From the NCBI RefSeq assembly GCF_001194135.2, contig NC_068989.1, positions 48,556,041 through 48,620,040 on the forward strand: 64,000 bases of DNA, given 5' to 3'. Positions 53,314-61,279 of this stretch are shown one piece after another. Numbering within the stretch: position 1 is the stretch's first letter; each line of letters starts with the position of its first letter. Position numbers and translations under genes: made by a program. This DNA comes from Octopus bimaculoides (lineage: Eukaryota). The notes under the pieces are model-generated. The model was given only the letters and a program-made list of their open reading frames with translations. It made no database searches and was not told the DNA's origin.

Positions 53314-53844
53314 TAATAATAATAATGATTAATAATGGTTTCAAATTTTGGCACAAGGCCAGTAATTTTGGAGAAAGTTAAGTTGATTACATTGACCCCA
53401 GTGTTCAACTGGTGCTTATTTTATCGATCTGAAAAGGATGAAAGGCAAAGTCAACCTTGGTGGAATTTGAACTCAGAATGTGAAGACAGATGAAATGTGA
53501 CTAAGCATTTTGCCTGGCATACTATTGATTTTGTCAGCTTGCTACCTTAATAATAGCAACAATAATAATAAATGTCTTTCTTTATTAACCCAAATCATTG
53601 GGAAAGATATATGATGTTACAGTGTTGGAGTATATAGAACCATGTAAAAAATAAAATCACAGAAACAAAGAAACAAAAAAATTCAAACAGAGAATATTTC
53701 CTTAAAAGTGTGGAGAATAATACCATCACTTACCTTGCTCCCAGGATGCACTCGGCCATATCTCATAATGACAATGCTACCATTCACATTTTGCAGTTTT
53801 TCAAAGTCTGATTTCTCCCCATAGTTAGCATATAACAAATGACC
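8959..53844 (-). CDS. Partial multi-exon gene (7 internal exons, 774 nt, 258 aa): peptidase M28B family protein (GCPII/NAALADase/NAALADL2/TfR-like), probably catalytically inactive; 5' and 3' ends not in view
   Basis: Hand-spliced product: [37 protein letters not shown]|[61 protein letters not shown]|[30 protein letters not shown]|[32 protein letters not shown]|[29 protein letters not shown]|[41 protein letters not shown]|[28 protein letters not shown]. Colinear with human GCPII about G172-E436 (recalled sequence). All introns GT-AG, phases 0,0,1,2,2,1,1,0 join without stops. Three N-glycosylation sequons (NGS, NIS, NLT). No symbol given because orthology is unresolved. Confidence 0.93.
9198..9375. 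repeat. Degenerate 15-bp minisatellite (about 12 units, consensus near YAAGGGTNGGGTTGA)
   Basis: caagggttgggttga caagggttaggtcga caagtgtgaggatga ... taagggtaaggttga taagagtggagttga. Confidence 0.75.
9790..10150 (+). mobile_element. RTE LINE 3' end fragment
   Basis: gcaatgacaagtgaccgagac...gtggttggtgttaggaagggcatccaacc...acagacattaaataatgatgac, same as the 3' end of 16850-18075. Confidence 0.8.
11899..12021 (-). CDS. M28B gene exon F (123 nt, phase 1-1): [23 protein letters not shown]...VMKKE; carries His377- and Asp387-equivalent Zn ligands
   Basis: Acceptor ccctcttgcag|AT, donor GAAG|gttggt; matches GCPII [23 protein letters not shown]. Confidence 0.95.
12928..13110. mobile_element. Degenerate or truncated copy of the TTAA MITE family
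   Basis: ttaa|acctttaacgtttaactgaccatatctggccc...atgttcaaactggccagatctg parallels 23216-23300; right end not recognisable. Confidence 0.6.
13403..13488 (-). CDS. M28B gene exon E (86 nt, phase 2-1): [28 protein letters not shown]
   Basis: Acceptor ttttattgcag|G, donor AAAG|gtctgt; matches GCPII [28 protein letters not shown]. Confidence 0.92.
14110..14420 (-). mobile_element. SINE family-3 full-length copy, inverted relative to 7681-8005
   Basis: Its reverse complement aligns end to end with 7681-7995. Confidence 0.82.
15371..15466 (-). CDS. M28B gene exon D (96 nt, phase 2-2): [31 protein letters not shown]
   Basis: Acceptor ttttgtctgtag|G, donor CAG|gtttgt; matches GCPII [25 protein letters not shown]. 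Confidence 0.9.
16204..16862 (-). mobile_element. Internally deleted mariner (Tc1/mariner) element, copy 1
   Basis: TA followed by TIR-like ttgagttatcccataaataatgc at 16204-16228; decayed transposase [57 protein letters not shown]. Confidence 0.9.
16850..18075 (+). mobile_element. 5'-truncated RTE-clade LINE (3' part of ORF, 3' UTR, (GAC/GAT)n tail)
   Basis: [18 protein letters not shown]...[55 protein letters not shown]; ends ggacattaaacgacgacgatgatgatgat. Confidence 0.92.
19913..19972. repeat. (CTA)n grading into (CTG)n microsatellite
   Basis: Directly visible. Confidence 0.95.
20000..20390 (-). mobile_element. Two tandem SINE family-1 copies separated by (TAA)n
   Basis: Same consensus as 52550-53548. 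Confidence 0.8.
20713..20824. repeat. 112-bp element with imperfect terminal inverted repeats, embedded in (TA)n
   Basis: Left atattagggataaaatccaa; right end on minus atattagggaaaagaaccaa; (TA)n on both sides. Confidence 0.65.
21965..22135 (+). mobile_element. SINE family-1 copy in plus orientation (internally deleted)
   Basis: gtggcaaggtagcagaattgtcagcacgctgggcagaatgcttagtggcatttcgtccatcttacattctaagttcaaattcc...gactttgcttttatcctttcg. Confidence 0.8.
23216..23443. mobile_element. piggyBac-like MITE with TTAA at both ends
   Basis: TTAA at 23216-23219 and 23440-23443; right end reads ttaa|ccctttgacatt on minus; interior is the reverse complement of 49455-49656. Confidence 0.75.
24757..25130 (+). 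mobile_element. SINE family-2 variant with RTE-like 3' tail; also 41012-41470 (+), tail-only 24030-24275 (+), 15925-16170 (-)
   Basis: Family-2 head and core followed by ggttggtgacaagaagggtatctagtcatagaaaacctgcc...atggaaaagtggaagatgatgatg, matching the RTE 3' end. Confidence 0.75.
30667..30757 (-). CDS. M28B gene exon C (91 nt, phase 1-2): [30 protein letters not shown]
   Basis: Acceptor tgttttcag|AT, donor GAG|gtacaa; matches GCPII LPSIPVHPIGYYDAQKLL. Confidence 0.92.
34122..34305 (-). CDS. M28B gene exon B (184 nt, phase 0-1): [21 protein letters not shown]...[11 protein letters not shown]
   Basis: Acceptor ttttcag|GTG, donor TTAG|gtaagc; matches GCPII VKNAQLAGAKGVILYSDPADY...GDPLTPGYPA; lies within ORF 33979..34371. 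Confidence 0.95.
39046..39520 (-). mobile_element. Internally deleted mariner element, copy 2 (same family as 16204-16862)
   Basis: Colinear with copy 1 at the nucleotide level; H*DNAQPH and [18 protein letters not shown] motifs; truncated at a (TTA)n tract. Confidence 0.9.
40766..40981 (+). mobile_element. 216-bp mariner-derived MITE with TIRs and TA flanks
   Basis: Left ta|ctagcatgcgctgaaaagttcctggctt; right end reverse-complements to ta|tgaaggggtgctgaaaagttcctggctt; interior [24 protein letters not shown] resembles a mariner transposase C-terminus. Confidence 0.88.
42076..42195. repeat. (GA)n plus (GT)n microsatellite; further long (CA)n at 32354-32407, (GT)n at 45318-45358 and 45500-45546, (CT)n at 38755-38800 and 42330-42366, (TA)n at 18205-18255 and elsewhere
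   Basis: Directly visible. Confidence 0.95.
43060..43690. repeat. Cryptic AC-rich low-complexity region
   Basis: Degenerate ACAC/ATAG/ACAT units; gives spurious CV/YL-rich ORFs on minus. Confidence 0.8.
44035..44240 (-). mobile_element. SINE family-1 copy; others at about 44720-44935, 48470-48620, 48690-48830, 61110-61205 (all minus)
   Basis: cccgaaaggatgaaaggtaaagatgacctcggcagaatttgaactcagaatgtaaagatggatgaaatgccgctaagcatt. Confidence 0.8.
45590..45960 (+). mobile_element. Decayed RTE LINE 3' ORF fragment
   Basis: Parallels 17230-17600 (atcagatgtaatgtgcatgaaagaaaactgagctggtatg...ggaggatgacag...gctgtgctggaaaa). Confidence 0.75.
47195..47624 (+). mobile_element. tRNA-derived SINE family 2, near full length; other copies at about 18655-19030, 23541-23900, 26062-26422, 58005-58378 (+), 10805-11210, 33478-33820 (-), partials 6003-6165, 58436-58590 (+), 20390-20680, 27105-27258 (-)
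   Basis: Head ggcatggctgtatagtaagaagtttgctt...ggttctgggttcagtccc (A/B-box-like), core aaagccttgtgagtggatttggtagacggaaactgaaagaagcc, tail ccagcatggctgcagtctaatgactgaaacaagtaaaagataaaag. Confidence 0.85.
48110..48436 (+). mobile_element. RTE LINE 3' UTR fragment; related tail fragments at about 36680-36850 (+), 43855-44035 (+), 59060-59170 (+), 5670-5800 (-), 25865-26000 (-), 55610-55860 (-)
   Basis: gttggtgttagaaagggcatccagccatagaaaccatgcc...ctgtccaacccatg...gatgatgatga. Confidence 0.75.
49451..49660. mobile_element. piggyBac-like MITE with TTAA at both ends (same family)
   Basis: ttaa|ccctttagcatt ... aatactaaaaga|ttaa. Confidence 0.75.
49680..50170 (+). mobile_element. Decayed RTE LINE 3' ORF fragment, interrupted by the hAT-like MITE
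   Basis: ttgagagaaaaactggacataagaggaatcaaatg...caagagagaagact parallels 17340-17600. Confidence 0.75.
49907..50077. mobile_element. hAT-like MITE (171 bp) nested in an RTE fragment
   Basis: TIRs cagagccatcttagcagcat / cagtatcatcttaaggcat (minus); 8-bp flanks ttcagggg and ttcaagag (6/8 match). Confidence 0.7.
51205..51630 (+). mobile_element. RTE LINE 3' end fragment
   Basis: gaagacatgagatgaagtggtg...gctgtgcttgagaagac...tagaaaccatggcaaaacag...ggacgttaaa. Confidence 0.75.
52112..52472 (+). mobile_element. Young tRNA-headed SINE (family 3b), copy 2
   Basis: Highly similar to 8040-8424 apart from two short deletions. Confidence 0.88.
52550..53548 (-). mobile_element. Head-to-tail array of four tRNA-derived SINE family-1 copies (about 52550-52757, 52765-52978, 52981-53193, 53337-53548)
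   Basis: Each about 210-bp unit shows ggcacaaggccagcaattt...tttatcgaccccgaaaggatgaaaggcaaagtcaacct...gaatttgaactcagaatgtaaag...gctaagcatttt...ttctgccagc on plus. On minus the head has A-box-like TGGCAGAAT and B-box-like GAGTTCAAATTCC. Confidence 0.85.
53194..53336. repeat. (AAT)n microsatellite, about 140 bp, imperfect
   Basis: Directly visible; source of the poly-N/poly-I ORFs. Confidence 0.97.
53734..53844 (-). CDS. M28B gene exon A (111 nt, phase 0-0): GHLLYANYG...[10 protein letters not shown], start of PA domain
   Basis: Acceptor ttcttctttcag|GGT, donor AAG|gtaagt; matches GCPII GDLVYVNYA...RYGKVFRGNK. Absent from the ORF track. Confidence 0.93.
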
Positions 53845-56800
53845 CTGAAAGAAGAAAAAAGAAATATTAACAGTGATGTGTGAACCTTTGTCATGTATTC
53901 AGCTCTGTAAATTCTGATCAAATCATTTATTTAAAAAAATTAACATTAAATGAAAAAAAAGTGTGATAAAATTTATTAGAGACCAGTTTAGTGAAACATA
54001 ATGACATCAGTATGTAGAATCAAATGTTGTACAATTGACCTTGTTAGAAGAAAATGCCAAGTAGAATCATTATCTGTAGACCCTCGTCTTCCCTTACTGA
54101 AGGTTCATTATCACTCCAACTAAAATACTGAAATTGCCATTGCCATCAAAAGTATGATATCCACCAACGCCATAACTACCATGAAGATCCATTATAAAGT
54201 TCCAAATAGCAATTAACTGGTACAACTGTAAGCAATGTTTGTTTGTATATGACAAATTGAAGTGTAGTCAAGATGGAGTTAGGATGATAAAATAGCTTGT
54301 TTTATTTGCTTCCTACTCTCATCTATGCTTGCTATATCTATTTATGTAATGCCAGCTTGAATTGGTTAAATTTCAAATTTATGTTTTAGGAACAATTTCA
54401 CATTCAGAACACGCATGCATTCACGCACACATGCATGCACACACACACACTTAGTAAGAGGAGGACAGTGTCCATGATTTGTACAAGTCACACAAGACTA
54501 GTAAGGCTAGTTGATGTGGATGTTATTCAGTTTAAACTTCTGCATGGCTGACGCTTGTAGGGTATGTTAGAATTACCATTTATTTTCTCATATTTATTTA
54601 AAGCAAGCAATTTATTTCTTTCCCAAGAGTTACCCAAGGACATAAAATGACACATAATGCAGAGTTTCAATATATTTCCATTAGACAAAGACATTTACCA
54701 CTCAGCCATCTAAAACTACATATAATTTTGTATTTGAAGCATATTTTTTTTTTGTAAGTAAACCAGAGGTGTTAGTTACAAGATTAAATTTTAAGCAAAC
54801 ACTACAAGTCCAATTTTTTTCTCCAAGCCAAATGATATTGGCAAAACAGAATATTCTTCAAACACAATCACTCTTTGATTCATGATCAATAGATTTCAAA
54901 TATTTTTCTCCATGTTTTAAACAAGAATACAGATCAACTAACAATAACAACACATACATACATATCCAAATACTGATATAAAATTCTGATCAAAGAGGCC
55001 AGCATTTTTATATTCTTTGTATCAGTTGAAAACTGAACGTTTGATGTTTAAAATTTCAATGTCCCTTTTAGAATTATCCACATCGAAATAACTTGTTCTG
55101 AGACAAAGAATGATTCAATATTCTGGTAACAAACCAATTTTCATCAAAGAGAATGATAGACTATTAGTTTTGATCAAACCGTATCACTCAGTTTAGTTTG
55201 TAGCATGCTGGGTTTCTGACCATGTTGGTCATGGTGAGTTTAGAAATAGGTCTGGATACCATTATCTTTTAACAGCTGGGTTAACCACTGCATTCAAGCT
55301 AAATATAAATGTCCATATAGTGTAAAAACCTTTAATTTTTCCTTACATCCTCTACTTTGTGACACATGAGAGAACTGTTGCTGAGGCATATCAAGAAAAA
55401 TTCTATACATATCATAAATAAGTCAATAAACATGGCTCTGTGAGGAAGATTTTATGAAACTTCTCAACTTACTCAATTCACTTGTCAAATCTCTTTAAAC
55501 CACTGATTCACCTTTAGAAGGAGAATCATATTTGTTAGATCTATATATAAGGGTAACATATATTACAATCAAGATAGGATAGTTATGTAACATTCATTTT
55601 ATTGTATTATTACATCATCTTCATCAGCATAATTTTATGCCCGCTTTCCATACTGGTATGGGTTGGACAGTTTGATAGAATCTGATAAGTTTGTATTTGG
55701 AGCATATTTTTTGTAAGTAAACCACAATCACTCTTTGATTCATGATGGAGTGACTACGTGTTGCTACAATGTCTCACTTTTGGTAAGGCTTCTAAAGCTG
55801 GGTGCCCTTTCAAGCACCAATCACTCTACAGAGTGTTACTGGATGCATTTTTCATGGCACCAGCCTTACTGAGGTCACCTTGGAACTCACAAGAGTAAAG
55901 AGGTCCGATAGTTGAAAGGAAGATAGGGGCAAAAGAGAGTGTGATGACTTTACAGTGATAAAAGGGTCAAATATGATAAGGAGTATAGATTTACTGTAGG
56001 GAGAGAGTGGAAGTGAACAGAGCAGACACTGTTGGGTGGGGAATATGAAAGGAACAGGGGAAGGAGGACAGTAGTTGTGCATTCAGAGCTGAGTGCTTAT
56101 GCAACATCTTATAACAGAAACAGCTGTAAGCAAATGAAGTTAATAATATAATTCCTGTTCCTTTGTCATTCAATAACTTATATAATGCTCTGTACTCACC
56201 TAATGCTTTATTCTAAGGCATATGTATATTGAGTTCTAACAGCTGGTTATTAACAACACTATGCCTAAGTGGAATTATAACACACATACACACACACAGA
56301 GTATGTGTGGGGGTATGTATGTGTATATGTATGTACACACATACATACACACACACTGAAGAAGTGGGTACTTGTTTTGTGCTCAGTGTTAACATTGTGT
56401 AAAACATGTCAAGGCAATCTCCTTTATTTTTCTGTGTATGAAGAAAGTAACAAGCTTTGTTATGCAGAAATTTTTCATATATACATGTGTGTGTTGTTAT
56501 CACATTTACCATACATGTATGTATGTTTGTGTGTTTGTATGAGTATGGAGTATGATTAGAACCCCTACCACATGTAATGTAAGTTAGTATTTATTTATCT
56601 TATTTATTAGTTTATTTATTTGCTATATGCTTATTCAGTAAATTTTGTTGGAGCTACTCAGAAATGACAACAAGTATAACAAAATATCTGAAGGAACATT
56701 ACCAAAAGAAGCAAACCTTACTGAAAGGTCAGAACTGTCTTGAGAAAGAAAGAAAGAGAATTCTTGAACAATTTACACTATGGAAAGGAAACCAAAGCAG

Positions 56801-58597
56801 TAGTAACATCAGTAGCTACAGCTAAGAAGCTGTATCTGAGGCCAATATTTTTCATTTTGTAGGAACTAGCAGGCATTTTTATTGCTTTTTTTAAATGTTA
56901 GTCTGGAGGAGGGATGTTTATACCCACGCTCTTCGAGGATCCTCCGAGACCAGAGAGATCAATGCTATTTATGTAGAGTTCAAATATTTACATAATATTC
57001 ATGTCTTTAAGATGTTTTGAATTTGTGTGGGTGAAGACATTTAAATGCCAGTCTAATATGCTTGATAAAAAGGCATTTATCTGTAAATATGTATGCATGT
57101 TCATTTATTGAAATGCATGTATAAGTAAGAGTATGGACGAGTGCAGGTCTGTAAGTGAACAGGTTTCAATGTGAATAGTTCTCCCTTCTTTAAAGCACAT
57201 CCCAATTAGAAAGCACCGTGCAGTACTTACAAAGCCAATGTGCTAGGTTAATTCAGTTCATGTAATTGTTTTCTCAGAATCTGGTAGTTTTCATGCTGAA
57301 TAGCATATGCTACATGTGTACTGATGTGTATGCATATTAGCTTCCTGAATCATGTCGAATTCGAAGAAGCAAACTGACATCCGTGCTGCTAAAGATTTAT
57401 ATTCCGCAAAATTGCTTTCATTTTACAAATTAACAAGAACTAAAAGAGTTAAAAGTCAACATTTCAAATGATTAAAAGATGGGGGGTGGGGGACAAAAAA
57501 TCTTCAAAATGTAGGAATCAATATTTGAAAGAACTAGCAAAAAACAAAAGAAACTCAGATAATATGTCAACAAATCTTCAGAAAGTGCCAACAGTATTTC
57601 AACATTAGTAAGGACATGTTTTGCTTGTTGCTTTAAGTGTGAAATGTTTGACACTTATCAATAAATGACCTGAACAGTCAACTATCATAAAAAAACAGAA
57701 CCAAAGACATTAAAGAGCAGCCACAGTTGATGAGACAGGAAAATAAACTCTTAAATATCAGCAGGATTCACTTATTAAAAAAAAAACTTATTAAGACTAA
57801 AGAGAAAATTCAGACCACCCCAAACTAATTCTAAATTTATGTTCAGTTTAATCAATTACTTCTGTAGCAATTGATCTTGCTTTAATTTTTTTTTTGGCTA
57901 TTGTTTTCAGAGGTACAGCTGGCTCAGTTGAAACTATGGCAGCCCACTCGACAAACAAAGGTATTTTAGTTTGTTATGCTAAATAACAATAGTTATACAA
58001 AGGTGCTGGCATAGCTGTGTGGTAAGAGGTTAGCTTCCCAACCACATAGTTCTGGATTCAGTGCTACTGTGTGGAACCCTGGGAAAGTGTCTTCTACTAC
58101 AGCCTTGGCCAAACAAAGCCTTATGAGTGGACTTGGTAGACGGAAACTGAAAGAAGCCTATCATATAAATATGTGTGTGTGTGTTTGTCCCCCACAACTG
58201 CTTTGTAACCAGTCTTGGTGTGTTTATGTACCCGTGAATTAGTGATTTGGCAGAAGAGCCTGATAGCATAAGTGCCAGGCTTAAAAACAATAATTACTGG
58301 AGTCAAGTTGTTAAACTAAAATCCTTCAAGGCCCAGCATGGCCACGTTTTAATGACTGAAACAAGATAAAAGATAAAGGCACCAATAGGTGGTACAGCTA
58401 ATAATCCAAGCAGTGAAATCATTGTAAAATTAAAGCATGGCAGCATGGTTAGGAAGTTTGCTTTCCAACCATGTGGTTTTGAGTTCAGTCTCAGTGTGTG
58501 GCATCTAGGCAAATGTTGTCTTCAACTATACCTTCAAGCCAAGCAGAGCCTTGTGAATGGATCAGGTAAAGAAGGCTGAAAGAAGCCTACTGTATAT

Positions 58598-59045
58598 GTA
58601 CGAGGTGGTATCAAAAAGTTCCTGGGCTAGTTCTGTAGTGTACCAACAGATGGCAGCATACGGCTGCATGTGCAGTGAGAGCTAGCAGTGACCTTCATGA
58701 AGCAGTGGCTGAGTGACATTGCTGTGTTTACTTCACAAGTTGTGAAATTTGTGTTTGTTTTTGATCAGGTGTATGCTGTAGTCTGTGATTTTGTCATGAA
58801 CAGGAACAAAAAGCCAATGAGAAATTTTGTGTTAAGCTTGGGAGGTCTGCTACAGAGATATTGAGCATGCTTCAGCAGGCTTAAGGCGATGAGGTAATGG
58901 GTCATATGAATGGTTTGAGTGGCATGGGCACTTCAAAAGCAGAAGAATATCCCTGGAAGATGATGAGTGATCTGGAAGACCTACCATGAGTGCCACCCTG
59001 GAAATGTGGTATTGTGTATCGAGAATTCATCCCCTAAGGCCAGAC
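58598..59045 (+). mobile_element. Internally deleted mariner element, second family (left end and N-terminal transposase)
   Basis: TA+cgaggtggtatcaaaaagttcc left end; EQKANEKFCVKLGRSATEILSMLQQA*GDE...SLEDDE*SGRP, joined directly to GIVYREFIP*GQTVN. Confidence 0.85.
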
Positions 59046-61279
59046 CGTTAATTGAGAAATAGCTGTGGGTTGGTGACAGGCATGCATCCAGCCATAGAAA
59101 ATCTGCATCAATAAATTCTATTTGACACATGCAAGCATGGAAAAATGCACTTTGAAATGATGACGATGAATAGGGAGTTCAACATATTCCGTAACTTGAG
59201 TAGGGGTAGCACTGTCAGAGTGACTCTCCTTAAATATATTAATGTAAAACTGTAGTTTGTAGTCTCTATATTTTTCAATTTTACTCAAAAGATTGAAAGA
59301 TCTCGTTTGCAAAATTGGTCTATTTTGTTATTACTATCTAAGTTACACAAAACAAGTACTAACCATTTTCATTGTATGGTTATACCAGATTAGTGGTTTC
59401 TCTTGTATGATTCAACCAGCGACTGAAGAACAAAGTTGTAGCAATAACACTTCTAGAAGAATGATTCTCTAATGCAAGTATAATACTTTTTTTTTAAATG
59501 AAAATTTGAAGCTGGTGTTGGATAAGTAAAGCTACACACACAAGAGGAAAATACACAATTTCATTGTAAATTGTATGAAAGAATTTATCAGCACTGACTG
59601 TATCAAAACTTATTTTTATTCCAATTATCTTTTATGGCTGCGTTTAGTCAAGGTGATTCACACCTCTCACTTGCAATTATTTCTTCAACTTGTAACCGTT
59701 TAACAATAGAGTCCTGTTTGGGTTAAAAGAAGTCCTAGTTAGCAGTGCAAATATATCAAAAGTCCTTACCCTTTGTAATACGGAAGTTTCTTTAATGTCC
59801 ATCTTCCTTTGCTAACATCACTTTTATGTTAGTATGATTTGACTTGTTTGTCATGAATTATTTCAGTATTTCAGAAGGATATCTAAATATTGTTGTTCTC
59901 AAAATATTTATCAAGTTTACTTTCCAATAAACAAGGTGTCTATGACTCAGTAACTTCACTCGATAACCCATTTCGATCAGTATATATACCGCAGGAGAAA
60001 GCTTACAGCTTTGTAAGTTTCTACCATTTCTTCTATAGCTTAGGTCATTGGCATTTTATTGATGATTAATGGCATTCTAATATTTCAAGTTTGTAGAGAT
60101 CAGCTAATTAACTACTATCATGGACTATATAGATCTGTGATAATTTAGCTTGTTTCTTTTTGTCTTTTTTAATTTATTCCAGACATATTTTAATTATGAT
60201 TATAACTTCTTATAAGTTACAAGAAAGATGTATTATGAGTGGTTACTAACATTGAGGAGATTGAAAGGTAAAGTTAACTCATGGAGACAATAAAATAATG
60301 TATTACATAATCAAACTGGTGTGTCTTTTCAGAGTAGGAGCTCAATAAGTTATCTTGTAGTGCTTTGATTTAGTTACTTCATGAAACTGAGATCATTCCT
60401 AAATCTATCACAAGACATACAATGCACAGCACTTATAATGAGCTGAGCAACAGTAGCTGTTGTGTTCAGATTGAGTTTATCTTCTACATTCTAGAGCAGG
60501 CAAGAAAGAGGGTAACCTATCTCTGTACTGCTAAAAGATAGAGGGTACTTTCTGCCAAATCAATTGAAGATAGTTGCTTCTGACAGGACCTGACAGAAGG
60601 TGTGCTTGAGGACTTTGCCTCTATGACTTGCCCAAGAATAAGTAGGTGAGGAAGATGAGATGAGAAATGAGATGCTTGTTATAATTATTTGTTTAAAGTT
60701 GTATGTCTTCTTTTTGCTGACTGTCTTTGTTTTTTTTAATTTCTGCTGTTTGGGATCTGAACATCAGAGAGCACATTTGTTAATATTTACACTCCCACTA
60801 CTAAAGTGAACATCTCTTGCCACACCTCCATAAAAGTAAGTCAAGTTGAAATAAGAATTAATGAAATATTTACAAAATATAAAATGTACAAAGTTCTAAG
60901 ACAAATATTATTTTTTTGCCACCCGAAAGTAAGTAGGCTAGACACTGAAATGTCCAAAGTTTTTGTTCCGGAAAGTTATTTAAAGAGAAATTTATTCATT
61001 CAAATACAAGTGTGGCAAATCAAATTCCTTTGCACAGCCTGTTCAAAGATGTTCATTCAGTTCAAAATAATGAATATAAAACTAATTATTGATTTCAGTA
61101 AAGGCACAAGAACTGAGATTCAATGGGAGGGATTTAGTTGATTAAATCAACTCCTGCACTGGTACTTTATCAATCTCAAAAGGATGAAAGGCAAAGTTGA
61201 CATCAGGGAGGAGGAGGAGGAAGCAGAGGAACAACAACAACAACAATAATAATGATAATAGAAACAATAATAATTAATT

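Noticed and set aside
53132-53356. Poly-Asn and poly-Ile ORFs, and the many YI/CV/HT/SL-repeat ORFs elsewhere
   Set aside because: Translations of microsatellites or of N-gaps.
52550-53548. Regularly spaced repeats as a CRISPR-like array
   Set aside because: Units are about 210-bp SINE copies in eukaryotic intronic DNA, with no short repeat/unique spacer structure.
59760-59830. Strong-looking donor AAGG|gtaagg on minus as an upstream exon of the M28B gene
   Set aside because: No open frame with an acceptor and no similarity to the expected PPFxAYS exon.
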